Shown here piece by piece: positions 49,089 through 61,766 of a stretch of 64,000 nucleotides of DNA (positions are counted from its first letter, which is position 1; each line of letters opens with the position of its first letter). Origin of the DNA: Felis catus. Its lineage: Eukaryota. The notes under the pieces are model-generated. The model was not told the origin of the DNA and did no database searches. It was given only the letters and a program-made list of their open reading frames with translations. The DNA lies in contig NC_058368.1 in NCBI RefSeq assembly GCF_018350175.1, positions 28,398,001 through 28,462,000 of the forward strand, written 5' to 3'. The position numbers and the translations under genes are program-made.

Positions 49089-49871
49089 CTTTAAGTAGTA
49101 GGGGAGAAATATGTTTGGACAAGTAAAAGTAAAATCCATAAATATTAATGTATGCTTAAAAAGGAAAATGAAACATAAACCAAAAGAAATTCCATATTCA
49201 CAAATTAACGCTAGTTGATAAGTTTGGGGTGATGTCTCTAAGTACTACAGATTATACAATTAAATATTTAAAATTGTAAAAGTTATATTTTTACCAGAAG
49301 AAAAAAATTTAAAATTTGAGAATGAAATACAAGTCCAACTACAAGTTATACCTATAAAAGGGATTTCAACATTAATTTTTAATTAGAGTTAACTTTAGTC
49401 CACTATTCAAATTCTAAGAGAGGTATATACATTATATTAATACAAAAAATTAAAATATAGGTGGAGCTTTTACAAACTCTTTAAAAAACAACGTAAACAT
49501 TCAGGAAACAAATTTAAGGAAGTATTTTCAAAGTAGTTTACAGGTTTGATTTTCTTTGAGAACTCAACAGATTCTAATGACATAAAAGATATTTAAAATT
49601 TTATAATTATTACTTAATTTTCAATTATTTCCAGTGTACTTTATCTCTGAGATGTTACTTTATTTAACATCTTTAACATATTTAACAATAAATATGCTGA
49701 TCCTTACTACTAAAACAAGAGAGGGGATAAATTTCATTCTAATGGCCCTATCTTCTGTCTTGCCTGAACATTTTCTATGTGTGTATAGCCTGACCAGTGT
49801 GAAAATTCCATTGTGCTTGCAATATAAGAATGCTGCTAACTTCTTCAAAAGCTGATTTTGTTCATGTGTAC

Positions 49872-50145
49872 CTTTGCCGGCTTCTTCAATGACTTGCCTC
49901 ACTGCTTTCTTTAAACTGTTTGCCCGCAACATTATTTCGTTTGGTCTCACAGCTTTCTGGGAGGAAGGTTTTGCAGGGTCATCGGTGAGTTGTTCTTTGT
50001 TTTCACACAAAGATTCTTCACTGGAAGATTCCACGGTATCTTCTTCTACAATGAGAGAGCTGATGCCTGGGAGAACGGGGGCAGCCTGGGAATCTGTGTG
50101 CAAAGCTTGAAGCAGTTGTTCAAGCTTTTCATTTAGGACTGAACA
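49872..50145 (-). CDS. DGKH: DGKH coding exon (~15): [23 protein letters not shown]...[18 protein letters not shown]
   Basis: ttcttag acceptor, GTACAC donor, 274 nt; overlaps ORF 49660..50103. Confidence 0.95.
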
Positions 50146-51663
50146 CTAAGAAAACAAAAATACACTAATGAGTCTCCATTTGGTGGGAATGGAAAATGAT
50201 AATTTAAGTGAACGGCTTCTGATTTTAGAGGAAAGATGCCTATATTAATATTTACCATTAACAGGCCATCTATTATAAATTATACTTTAGATAGTTTATG
50301 GACTAAGTAATCTATCATTTTTAAAAGAAGTACAATTATGTGAATTTTTACATGCACGTCCAGAATATTCCAATTCTACCATCTTTATATAACTATTTTC
50401 CCTTAAAAGAAAGTCTCTATTATCTTTATGAAGTTGTTTTTTCTTAAAAGAACAAACACATTAAAGTGACACATTACGCAGAAAATTTACACGTTACACA
50501 GAAAATTTATGCATTATACAGAATATTGCATAAACTTTTTAAAGTAATCAATGTATGGTACTGTTTTGAGCATCACAAATTGCAGGTCTGGCTGAGCCTT
50601 GGTAAGCTCTCCTTCAAAGCTTTGGTTTTAAAAGGAGTGAAGGACACCTAAGGGATTAATGGCTCAAAAAAAGAGCAAAAAAGGAAAATGCACAATGATA
50701 AAGAAGTAAAAGAAGATGGAGAAAGAAAAACCAGCTCTCGGACCTTGTTTCTGTCTGCTTCTCTTGAATGACTATGGGTAAAGAAATATTTTGGACGGAA
50801 GCTGTTGATGTGACTGCCTAATTTACCTTTTATTCCACACAAGTTCCAGTTCCTTCCGCCTCCATTTATTGGCCTTTGATGTCATGCTAACACAAGGTTA
50901 CAGTGGAAATAGTTAACAGAAAAAAGTGTGGCTACAGAGTCCTTTCTGAAGCTCTCCACAGAGTAGAAAAACAAGAAGAAAAGAGGCTGAAAATGTCAAA
51001 TGTATGTTTACTTCTATTTTCTTTTCCTTTCACTCAGTTAAACCACCATCGACAGCATGAATCTGGAGGAGACCATTCCTTTTCAAGCCCAAGAACCTTT
51101 TGTAAGAACTCCCTGTCATGAACATATGAGAGCAAAGAGAGTAGCTTTTAAGTTTCTCATGTTAGCCTCAGAAAGCTCATAAAGGGGGAAAAAAAGTCTA
51201 TAAAGAAAAAGGCAAAGCAAGAAACAGAACCCTGAAAGGGACCAAGGGCCATACTGTCTGGGGAACCTAAGGAATGGCGCTAAGATGGACGGACGGAGGC
51301 TGACGCCCAGTTTGCCTGGAAATGGAAAGCCATTCCTCTCTCTGCACTGGAACACCAGTGGCTCTGCATCTCCCACCTGTGACCCGACTACTGTGCATTT
51401 CTCCTTCAAGATGTCAATCAGTGGGAAAAGGGAGTTGAGTTATAAAATTCGTGTTGTCAGATGGTTTTCAGTAATGCAGTTTTCCTACCAGATAACCGTA
51501 AAATAGAATATGTTTTAATCCCTTACATCTGATTCAAAAGGACTTTTTCTCTTGATTTAAGATGTTTTGGTAAGAAAGCCACTTAAGCAATCTAGCTGTA
51601 AAACACCGTTCAATGCCAGCATTGTTAGTCAAAACTTTCATGCTCTAAAGGTGACCTGCTTAC

Positions 51664-51763
51664 TTTATTGGCCACAGCATCAGCTGCAACAGCATTTTCC
51701 AACGTTTTTTCGTATGCCTTCTCTACTTTGGCAACAAAGTCCTTTACAGTTTCACATAGGATC
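51664..51763 (-). CDS. DGKH: DGKH coding exon (~14): [33 protein letters not shown]
   Basis: ctcaaag acceptor, GTAAGC donor, 100 nt, phase 2 to 0. Confidence 0.95.
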
Positions 51764-52934
51764 CTTTGAGGAAAAGAAATGGTGAAATTCAGTAAACCCA
51801 GTAGGCTGATTTGGTTTGATTGACAAACATTTGAAAAACAAGCACAATTAGGTAAACTATACCTAAAACAAGCACAATTAGGTCAAAATATAGGGACCAT
51901 TTGTATAAAAAACCCATACTCTATCTGCTGTGTAACACGTACTGTAGAAGTTCAAGACATTCTAAGTGATAAACGGAAACGTACATGAATAAACTTTGCT
52001 CTATATAATTTAACTAACAGTCCTTTTAAGGTTATAATAAGTCCTTCTCAAATATTTAAATTAAATTCTTGAGAGGAGCATTTGTAGATCCCATTAAAAA
52101 ATTTAAAGCATTATCTCTGGCATCTTATATATTTTCATAACAGAACTTGCAATGTTGAAAAAACAAGGATAAGTTTGTCACTTAAAGTTGTCACTGTCAC
52201 TCTAATGTTCATTATCTGGGTATCTTGAAAGTATATTGTTCCTAAAGAGGAAAGAGATTGTGTAGCCAACCTGCCGCTTGGATTGAGTTATATTCTCTGC
52301 AAATCTATTTCCTTAAGGTGACCAGTATAGTCATAGGCAAGACTAATTTAATTTAGATTTTGTTAGTGTCAACAACATATGCTTTACTTGTTCCTTTTAC
52401 ATAAATTTGGTTTCTTTGCAATAGAAATAGATTAGGAGAAAAAATAATCTGAAACCCCAACACTGACAAAAATCTGTCTTTCAAAAGTCTTTGGGACTGG
52501 TGTTGAAACAATCCAACAGAATGGTATGTGACCAGCTTTTTGTAGCGTGGGCTTAGTGAGTCTGAAAACAAAATCAGAATTATTTTAAAACAATTATATT
52601 TCTCTTTATTATGGATACAGTTTAGGAATTTGAAGGAAAAAACAAGCAGGTTCCAGCAATTATTTTTTTCTATTATCCTCACAATTTTCTCTGGTATGTG
52701 AGTGATATAATGATTAAGTTTCCAGATATTTAAGTGTTATGAAATCAAGCCATTCAATAGATAGAGTACACACACACACTCCAAACGCTCACATTTATTA
52801 TCTAAGAAATAAATGAATTATTCCTAACAATTTAACAATTTTTATTTTCTTTGTTGTTTTTTGGCAACCATCTCTAGATTTCACTCGGACAAAAAGTAGT
52901 ATTTCCTAACCTTCAACCTTTCTGTTGGCTTTTT

Positions 52935-53176
52935 CAAAAATTTTTAAATTTTATTTATTGTTTATTTTCTTAATGTTTATTTATTTATTTTTGAGAGAGA
53001 GAGGCAGAGTGTGAGTGGGGGAGGAGCAGAGCGAGAGGGAGACACGGAATCGAAAGCAGGGTCCAGGCTCTGAGCTGGCAGCACAGAGCCCAAAGCGGGG
53101 CTTGAATCCATGAACCGTGAGATCATGACCTGAGCTGAAGTCGGACACTTAACCGACTGAGACACCCAGGCGCCCC
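52935..53176 (-). mobile_element. Can-SINE (SINEC_Fc)
   Basis: Perfect TSD tctgttggcttttt. Confidence 0.93.
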
Positions 53177-53903
53177 TCTGTTGGCTTTTTAAAATCACAA
53201 TTCTCCAGAGACTCTAGCTTACTATTTATTAGAGATGCATTCATGTGCTCCACCTCAAGGTTTGTCCTCTTTGTTCATGTATAGCACTTTTATAGAACTT
53301 GTTGAAATATTAAAGTGAGGCTATCGTGAAAGTTTTTCTATGAAGTTTACTGGAAGTTTCTCTAAGATGTCCCACCTCTAAGAAGAGGAGACACGGACAG
53401 TTTCCCCTCTTTACAGAACTCCAAAATAGACCTTTTCTTTGCTATTGTTACAACACTGCCCTGATATAATTTTCTGTCAGAATTTGTGAAATTGCATATG
53501 CCATAACATTATCATAACTACTTTTGCTGGCATTTTCCTAATTCTTAGGGACAGAGCCTGTTGGCCCATTGGCCTAGGAATGCAAGGGGCAACAAAGGTA
53601 CCATGTTGTTGAGGCAGGTGGAGGCTGGAGGGGAGAGTACGATTCTGTGTTAGAGAATACTTGCCATGGAAGTTGTGGGGAAAATTAGAAGAAATGGTCT
53701 ATCTTAGGATCCAGTAAGTTTCATATTCCAGAAGATATAAAATATGTACACTCGGGAGAAATGAACTAACTTTTTACTACACCTAAATAGTGACTGTAGA
53801 ATTCTTAAAATTGAAATAAAACGTACGCTAGTATGATTTCAAAATCATACTACCTGGGAACTTGCAAACTGGAGAAAAGCAATTTAAAGACATATTTACT
53901 GTA

Positions 53904-54138
53904 GGGGTACCTGTGTGGCCCAGTCGGTTAAGCATCCAACTCTTGATTTCAGCTCAGGTCATGATCACCCTGTTTGTGGGTCCAAGCTCTGGACTGGACT
54001 CTGCACTGAAGGCACAGAGCCTACTTGGGATCCTCTCTCTCTTTCTCTCTCTCGCTCTCTCTTTCTCTCCCCCTCTCTCAATGTGCCTCTCCACTTGCTC
54101 TCTATCTCTCTCTCAAAATGAATAAAAAAATAAATAAA
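53904..54138 (+). mobile_element. Can-SINE
   Basis: SINE head, CT tract, TSD-like tatttact(g/a)ta. Confidence 0.88.
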
Positions 54139-54870
54139 TGTATTTACTATAATAACGTAAAAGACATTCTCCAACCGATATAGTTTCTACTTTAATGCAT
54201 AGACTTCCAGAAAACAGGTTCAAAAATCAAATAAATGAAGTGGAACATGGATTTTCTCACAGAGTTATAAATATTTTTAATCCCTAATTATATTTTAAAT
54301 TAATGTTAGTCATAACTTTGACAAGCTATTTCCAAGCATTTTATTTCTTTAGTTTTGTTCTCTTCCTTCCAAGTTGAACACAAATATGTAGTTGATTTTG
54401 CACCCAATATTCAGTTGGAGCCAACCATAGTCCACATTTAGCATGCTTGATGATTTCCACTATGATCTCAACCAGATTGTATTCATGGCATCTATACTTT
54501 TCACCACGAGTAGCAGTATCTTCATTTATCAATTTTTCACTTATTTTTTTAATAGTGGCAAATAACAATAAAACATGCAAACACTACATGCAGAAAAATA
54601 TGGCAATGGTGCCCAAACAGATGTGTATATTGGCAGGCAGGTATCATCTGAAAAATTCATTTTCCATCTGATATAAAAAAGTTCCAATCAGAAATTAAAG
54701 ATGATTTTCAAATATCAATGCATAATATATAAAAAAAAACCCATTACCTCTCTGTGCTCTGAGGAAAGATTGTAATAACTACATATCTTATCTCATCTAT
54801 TTAATGGGGGAGAGGAGCTAGCCTAAATTATCTCTAAGATAGATTCCAAATCTAAAATCCTATGGTTCTA

Positions 54871-55085
54871 GGGGCATCTGGATGGCTTAGTCGTTTAAGT
54901 GTCCGACTTCAGCTCAGGTCTGATCTCACCGTTCTTGAGTTCTAGCCCCATATCAGGCTCTGTGCTGACAGCTCAGAGCCTGGAACCTGCTTCTGATTCT
55001 GTGTCTCCCTCTCTCTCTGCCCCTCCCCCACTCGCACTCTGTGTCTCTCTCAAAAATAAATAAACATTAAAAAATATAAATAAAA
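54871..55085 (+). mobile_element. Can-SINE (SINEC_Fc)
   Basis: TSD taaaat(c/t)ctatggttcta. Confidence 0.92.
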
Positions 55086-55583
55086 TAAAATTCTATGGTT
55101 CTATGGCAATAGTTCCAATCTTACTATTTTTTTCTGGCCAGTGATCCCATATTCTAAGAAGTTTTATCCTCAGAACAACTTGCATTTACTTAATAACTTT
55201 GCTTTGTATTTTTATTAATAAATGACATCTATAATTGCTAGCTAATGCTTCTGATTCTCAGAAGGTAACTCATGTTTACAAAATTTCAAAATCAAAGAAA
55301 TGTTGACATTATGTTGGTTAGTTCATAGTAACTACGTTAGTTAACCTACATATTAGCTATGCTAATGGAATATAGCATTTCCATAGTATTTTCAGCATTT
55401 AAAAAATAGTTAAAACAGCTTAGTCTCCTGGGAATTACTATTTTATAAAACAAGTTTAAACATGCACAAGGAGGTTAAAACATTCTTCCTGAATATTATA
55501 TCATTTAACAAGTAACTAGCACTATCAAAGGAAGGGAATTATTTATGTCATCTAGGTGGTGGTTACAAGAATGTGTATGTGTT

Positions 55584-55817
55584 GGGGCGCCTGGGTGGCT
55601 CAGTCGGTTAAGTGTCCGACTTTGGCTCAGGTCATGATCTCATGGTCTGTGAGTTCGAGCCCCGCGTCAGGCTCTGTGCTGACAGCTCAGAGCCTGGAGC
55701 CTGTTTCAGATTCTGTGTCTCCCTCTCTCTCTGCCCCTCCCCTGTTCACGCTCTGTCTCTCTCTGTCTCAAAAATAAATAAACGTTAAAAAAAAATTAAA
55801 TTAAAAAAAAACAAAAA
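55584..55817 (+). mobile_element. Can-SINE (SINEC_Fc)
   Basis: TSD aagaatgtg(t/a)atgtgt. Confidence 0.92.
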
Positions 55818-55919
55818 AAGAATGTGAATGTGTGTGTGTATTCTTTTCTCTCATCACTTAAGTTATACCTTTATGATTTAGGTACTTTACCGTGTATATG
55901 TCATGCCTTGATAACAATT

Positions 55920-56178
55920 TATTTTACCTTATTTTATTTTTATTTACTTTATTTAACTTTTATTTAATTTAATTTAAATTTAATTTTATTTTAGAGAGAG
56001 AAAGTGAGAGTGAGTGAACATGACTGGGGGAGAGGGGCAGAGAAAGAGAAAGAATCTTAAGCAGGCTCCATACTCAGCATGGAGGCCGATGCAGGGCTCG
56101 ATTCCATGACCATGAGATCATGACCTGAGCCAAAATCAAGAGTTGGATGCTTAACTAACTGAGCCACCCAGGTGCCCC
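55920..56178 (-). mobile_element. Can-SINE with long T-rich tail
   Basis: Reverse SINEC sequence. Confidence 0.85.
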
Positions 56179-56231
56179 GAAAAAAAAATTTTTTTTAAGC
56201 AGGGAGAACTATTTTATACTTTACAAGTCTT

Positions 56232-56466
56232 TTTTTTCTTTCTTTCTTTTTTTTTTTTTTTTTAACATTTATTCATTTTTGAAAGGCAGAGAGAGACAGA
56301 GCGCGAATGGGGGAGGGGCAGTGAGAGGGAGACACAGAAACAGAAGCAGGCTCCAGGCTCTGAGCCATCAGCACAGAGCCCGACGCGGGGCTCGAACTCA
56401 CGGACTGCGAGATCATGACCAGAGCCGAAGTCGGCCACTTAACCGACTGAGCCACCCAGGCGCCCC
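56232..56466 (-). mobile_element. Can-SINE (SINEC_Fc)
   Basis: TSD tatacttta(c/t)aagtctt. Confidence 0.93.
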
Positions 56467-56483
56467 TATACTTTATAAGTCTT

Positions 56484-56840
56484 AAAGGGACATATAACCC
56501 AAATGCAATAATTGAACCTTGTTTGGTTCTTGACTTGAATAAAACAACTGTTTAAAAAAAAACTTTGAGATAATTAGGGCAAATGGAATACGGATCGAGA
56601 TGGTCTTAGAGAATTATTACTAATTTTATTAGACTTTTTAATAAGATTATTAGGCATATATACTGAAACTAGAATAAAAGGATTTCTGGGATTTGCTTAG
56701 AGATACTGTAGCATGGAAAAGTGGAAGTGGATGACAAAATTTTGATAGACACTGAAGCTGTGTGATGGGTATGGTGGGAAACCATTTTACTAGTCTCTCT
56801 ACTTTTATGTATGTTTGAAAATGTTCATAACAAAAATTAA
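56484..56840 (+). mobile_element. Old L1 (L1MC/ME-like) 3' fragment
   Basis: tgggatttgctt...tgaagctgtgtgatgggtat...tctctacttttatgtatgtttgaaa. Confidence 0.65.
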
Positions 56841-57453
56841 ATTTAAAATATACTATATTAATGGTACAAATTTACTACATTTTGTCCTTTCTTTTCAGTC
56901 TTAAATCTTTTTATGGCAAATCCCCTAAAATTTTAATCTGGGGTTATAAAGGCAAGACAGCTGGGCAGTATGGGAGCACACAGGAGTGACAAGAGGGGAC
57001 CAGGGTTGGAATAGAATCTGCTTAGAGGCAAACGAAGGTCAGAGAGAAATCCAAAGCTAAAGTTAATAATAGTGGAGCCTAGACAAAGAGCCAGGCCAAG
57101 GTCAAAGAAAAATTTGAATGTAATTGATTAAAACATGAGATGATGATACCATAATTTAATATAGCACTCCAGAGTTTATAAGCTCTATATTTATTTTATT
57201 ACTCAACTTAAATCTCCTAGCAGTTCCATGAGAGAGGAAGGACATTCCTACACTTGATAAAACAGACCTGGGCCACAAAGCTACTAAATGGTTGAATCTC
57301 AGCTAGGACCTCAGATTTACTTCTACTTGGCCCAATACTGTGACTTTCAAACTGTGTTTTTCAATACTGTGTTTTTCAAACTGTTTTCCAGAAAGACTTC
57401 AAGGATTTTGCAAATACTTGATTCAAATTTCACTTAGAAATATAGGATATATA

Positions 57454-57675
57454 GGGGCGCCTGGGTGGCGCAGTCGGTTAAGTGTCCGACTTCAGCCAGG
57501 TCACGATCTCGCGGTCTGTGAGTTCGAGCCCCGCGTCGGGCTCTGGGCTGATGGCTCAGAGCCTGGAGCCTGTTTCCGATTCTGTGTCTCCCTCTGTCTC
57601 TGCCCCTCCCCCGTTCATGCTCTGTCTCTCTCTGTCCCAAAAATAAATAAACGTTGAAAAAAAAATTAAAAAAAA
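57454..57675 (+). mobile_element. Young Can-SINE (SINEC_Fc)
   Basis: Perfect TSD aaatataggatatata; nearly identical to copies at 23893 and 61767. Confidence 0.94.
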
Positions 57676-57793
57676 AAATATAGGATATATATATTTTTTT
57701 ACATGCTCAAATAATCATTAGAAATATGACAGACAAGTAATATGTTGGCTTTCACTTTAGAATTCACAGTTTTTTTGGGAAAATCTTAGACTA

Positions 57794-57907
57794 TATTTGA
57801 TGCAGTTTTCAGCTATTTCTGTATTTTATTTTGGTTACATGTTAGTAAGGAAATTGTCTTCAATAATCAAAATAAAATACAGAAATAATTAGAAACTGCA
57901 TCAAATA
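57794..57907. repeat. Inverted repeat, 44-bp arms, 26-nt spacer
   Basis: 57794-57837 matches the reverse complement of 57864-57907 at 39/44 positions. Confidence 0.9.
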
Positions 57908-58503
57908 AAAAATTATAACTTATCTATAATCTCATTGCTTAATTTTTCTCACAAATGGCTAACAATTTAATCCTGTCCAATTTATTAATGACAACAAAAT
58001 AGATTTTTAATTATTTAAATATTAGAATTCTACATAACATTTTGTTTAAAAGAAGACAAGGTTATAAGCCAATTATATCTCAGTTAAGAAACATATCAAA
58101 TGTATAGAAGGCAGTAATCAAACACATCAAACACATGAAGGCCAATACCAAGAGATTTGCTAACATCCAAATTGGAAATATTTAAAATATTAACTGCACT
58201 AAAGAACAATTCTTTTTATAACTTGTTATAATTTTAAAAACTTTCCAATCAGTTTTCCATTTTTTCTAGCAATAGCTTCTAAAATGTCCTATAAAAAAAA
58301 GCATTTGATTCATAGAGCAAGGGTGGCAAGCGCAAATGTCTTCCTTGTAGAAGTAACTTAAGAAGTACCTAAGGAATGACGTGGGTATATTTATAAATTT
58401 GGCCCAGTATGAGGAAGGCCTAGGGAGTGCTGAGGCTTGGGAGAAACTGGAGATTTTTACATTTCACCATAAGCCATGCAACTTGTCAGAAAACACCCAA
58501 CCA

Positions 58504-58726
58504 GGGGTGCCTGGGTGGCTCGGTCGGTGGAGCGTCCGACTTAGACTCAGGTCATGATCTCGCGGTTCATGGGTTCAAGCCCCATGTCGGGCTCTGTGCT
58601 GACAGCTCAGAGCCTGGAGCCTGCTTCCGATTCTGTGTTTCCCTGTCTCTCTCTGCCCATTCCCTGCTTGTGCCTCTGTCTCTCCCTCTCTCTCAAAAAT
58701 AATAAACATCAAAAAAATTTAAAAAA
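58504..58726 (+). mobile_element. Can-SINE (SINEC_Fc)
   Basis: TSD agaaaac(a/g)cccaacca. Confidence 0.92.
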
Positions 58727-59811
58727 AGAAAACGCCCAACCAAACAACAGCAGCAAAAACCCAGCAGCAGCACTGTGCATCAGAGCATCTGCTGCCCTCC
58801 TCTCTGGGCAACCAGTCTCCCCTGCCTTAAGCTGTTCCTTCCTATTATTCCTTAAGCAATACCCTTCCTATTGCTCAGCCCGGTTTCCTGTTCCTGGGGG
58901 TTATGGCAGCAAAAGCAGTCGTTACTGTATTTGTACTCTGTCACAAGCAAATTTGTTTGTAGTGATTTATCTGGTCTTCCCTTGAGTCTTTGCAAATTAA
59001 ATATATAATATACTAAGGTTTGTGTATTTTTCCTCCCACTACTTCCCCAGTCCCTCACTCCCTTTCTTTACTTCTTCTTTGTCTCCTCTTTCTGTATAAC
59101 AGTAATATTTCCTTGCTAAGCCAGAATCTTAAAGCATGCTTTGACCTTTGCTTATCAGTTGAAAATTTCAGCGGGTTTCACCCCTTACTCTAGTTGACTT
59201 TCCAGCTCTCAGGATATCAGTACAGGATATTTCAAAACTAAATTCTAAATTCCGGGCAGGCAACATTTAAGATAATAAAATCAAGTAGCTTTGGCTCCAT
59301 GTACAGAATCAACTTAACTAAAATCTGATAACTTTGAATTAAAATATAATTATGGAATTCCAACATGCTGATAAATGTCACTTTGAAAAATCTCTTCAAT
59401 ATTTTCCCTTTCCTGATGGAAACAGTTCCTAAAGAGTAGTGTTTATGGAAATAATAAATTATGGTGAAATGTGTTTTCCACATTATAATCATAAATGCTT
59501 CTTTAAATAGGAACTTAGATTAATTAAACTCTAATTCATATCACAGCTTTCTGATAAAAATATTTCAGATTAAGCATTAAAAAACCCCTCTAAATATATA
59601 CTTCACTGCAAATAAGATGCTAAAGTGATTTTTAAAAAAAACAATGCAAGTTTAGTATATCTAACTTTATAAGGTACTCTAACTTTATAAGTTACTTCAC
59701 CAATATTTTGGGATGGGGGGAATCACAAAAAAAGTGACATAAATGGTAGGAACAAGCTGTCCTTTCATTTTCACCATATAACTCTTTCATGACTTGAACT
59801 CTGTTACTCAC

Positions 59812-59897
59812 TTGGCAGATGATATGACCACGGCATGTTCATCAGAATTGAGGATTTTTGTAAGATGAGCTGCAACTGAGTCCTCATAAATTGTCAT
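59812..59897 (-). CDS. DGKH: DGKH coding exon (~13): [28 protein letters not shown](K)
   Basis: ttttcag acceptor, GTGAGT donor, 86 nt, phase 0 to 2. Confidence 0.95.
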
Positions 59898-60159
59898 CTG
59901 AAAAAGTAAAGAACCTACACTGTATTATTGTTGCTGGCATTTATACAACTCCGTTTATTACCACTTCCAAAATGGGATCATTTAAGACACATGTGACACA
60001 GGGCCGTGAGTATAATGAATTATATGAAAAGTCATCATACAAAATAGATAAATACTTCCCTTCTATAAAAGGCTTTTAGTTTCTAAAATTCCTTAATCTG
60101 TAGTCTTAGAAAAAACCCTAAAATCCATTAAATTAGAAAAAAATGTCGAATGGCTGAAC

Positions 60160-60538
60160 ACATAAAGAACTCCTCCAGGTAGGCACAAAAAAAAGCCAGA
60201 CAACCCAATGAAAAATGGGCTAAAGACTAGAAATTTAAAGAGGAGGATAAAAAAAAAAATGGTCCACAAACAGATGAAAGGAAATCAGCCTCATCAGCTG
60301 TCAGACAAACACAAAATAAAACCACAGTGAGGTTCCACTGTATTTGCCAGAAGAGTTAAAATGAAATAGCAGCAACAAGGCCTGGAAAATGCCAAATATT
60401 GGCAAGGTTGTGGAGCTACAGAAGTCTCATTCACTGCTGGTGGGAGAGCAGGCATTGATATAAACAGTCTAGAAAACTGCTGGGTGTCTTTCAAGGCCAA
60501 ACATATGCATATAGCATAGGATCCAGCAATCCGATTTC

Positions 60539-60586
<48 letters not shown>

Positions 60587-61045
60587 GAAATGTGATGTGC
60601 GTTCACCAAAAGACATGTGACAGGAAACGTTCATAGCAGCATTCACTCAAATGCAGAATGGATAACACATCAGAGTATATCCTTGCAATGGACTAGATGG
60701 GGGCAATGAGAATGCGTGGTTTACAGCTATGCCATAACACGGATGAATCTCACAGACATAATGTTGAATAAAAGGATTCAGAAAAGAACTGCTTACAAAA
60801 TGATTCATTTTATAAAGTGCAGAATGGACAAAAATAATCTATGCTGTTAGAAGCCAGGAGAGTGGTTCCTGGGGTGGGAGGGGAGGGTGGTGAATGGAAG
60901 AGGGCCTGTGGGGGCTCACAGCACGCTGATAATACTGCCTTGTGATCTGCATGTTGATTACATGGGTGTATTCAGCTTGTGGAAACTTACCAACTGTACA
61001 TTTATGATTGGTGCACTTTTCTGGGTGCACAATTCAATAAAAAGT
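60160..61045 (+). mobile_element. Old L1 (L1ME/MD-like) ORF2 end and 3' UTR, containing (CA)n at 60542-60583
   Basis: acaacccaatgaaaaatgggc, cattcactgctggtgggag, gatccagcaatcc motifs. Confidence 0.75.
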
Positions 61046-61766
61046 TTTTTAGAATGTTGAGTAGTCTGTCATACAGCCATGTAAATAAATCTCTCAAATT
61101 AGGAAGTAATCAAAATGCTCAGGGAGTCCTGTCTCCCCTTTTCTGTTTGACTCAAAATGTAAGATTCTGTTGAAAGAACAGATCTTCCTAATATGCAAAC
61201 ATGTGCACAGTATTTAAACAGCCTCTATTCAGAGCCTTCCATCAAATGTTTGCCTCCAATATGTACAACGTCCTACAGCTCAAAAATTTCCAGTGTAAAC
61301 CACCTGCTCTGTTCCAGCTGGCCTCCTGTGTTCTTCCGCCCTTCTCTGATATCCTTTTGTTGCTTCTTACCCATTGGCACCAGGTCATTCAGACTTAAAT
61401 GCAGATTCAGTTACCACCCCCCCCCCCCCCCTTAAAGCCTTCCTGACTAGCGTCTTTCCAAAGAGATCTCATTCCCGATTTTTGCCCAGTTCCATGAGTG
61501 GCTAATCAGTATGTCACTCTTTTAAATTTCTATCTTACTTTCTTCAGAGGCAGACCACGTATAGAAAGGAATTCTTACATTAAGGAAAGGATGGGAGGGG
61601 AGGAGCCTCAAAGCCTCACGCGATGTTGTGTTCACTTGCAAATCCACTTTATTCATCTTCCAGTGTAAACATTAAAAGTTGTATCTTTATACTCAAGATC
61701 AGAAAAATGAAAATACGTCTTTTAAAAAAGCAAAGAAAGGAAGTATTTTTCAAAATGATTAGTTTC

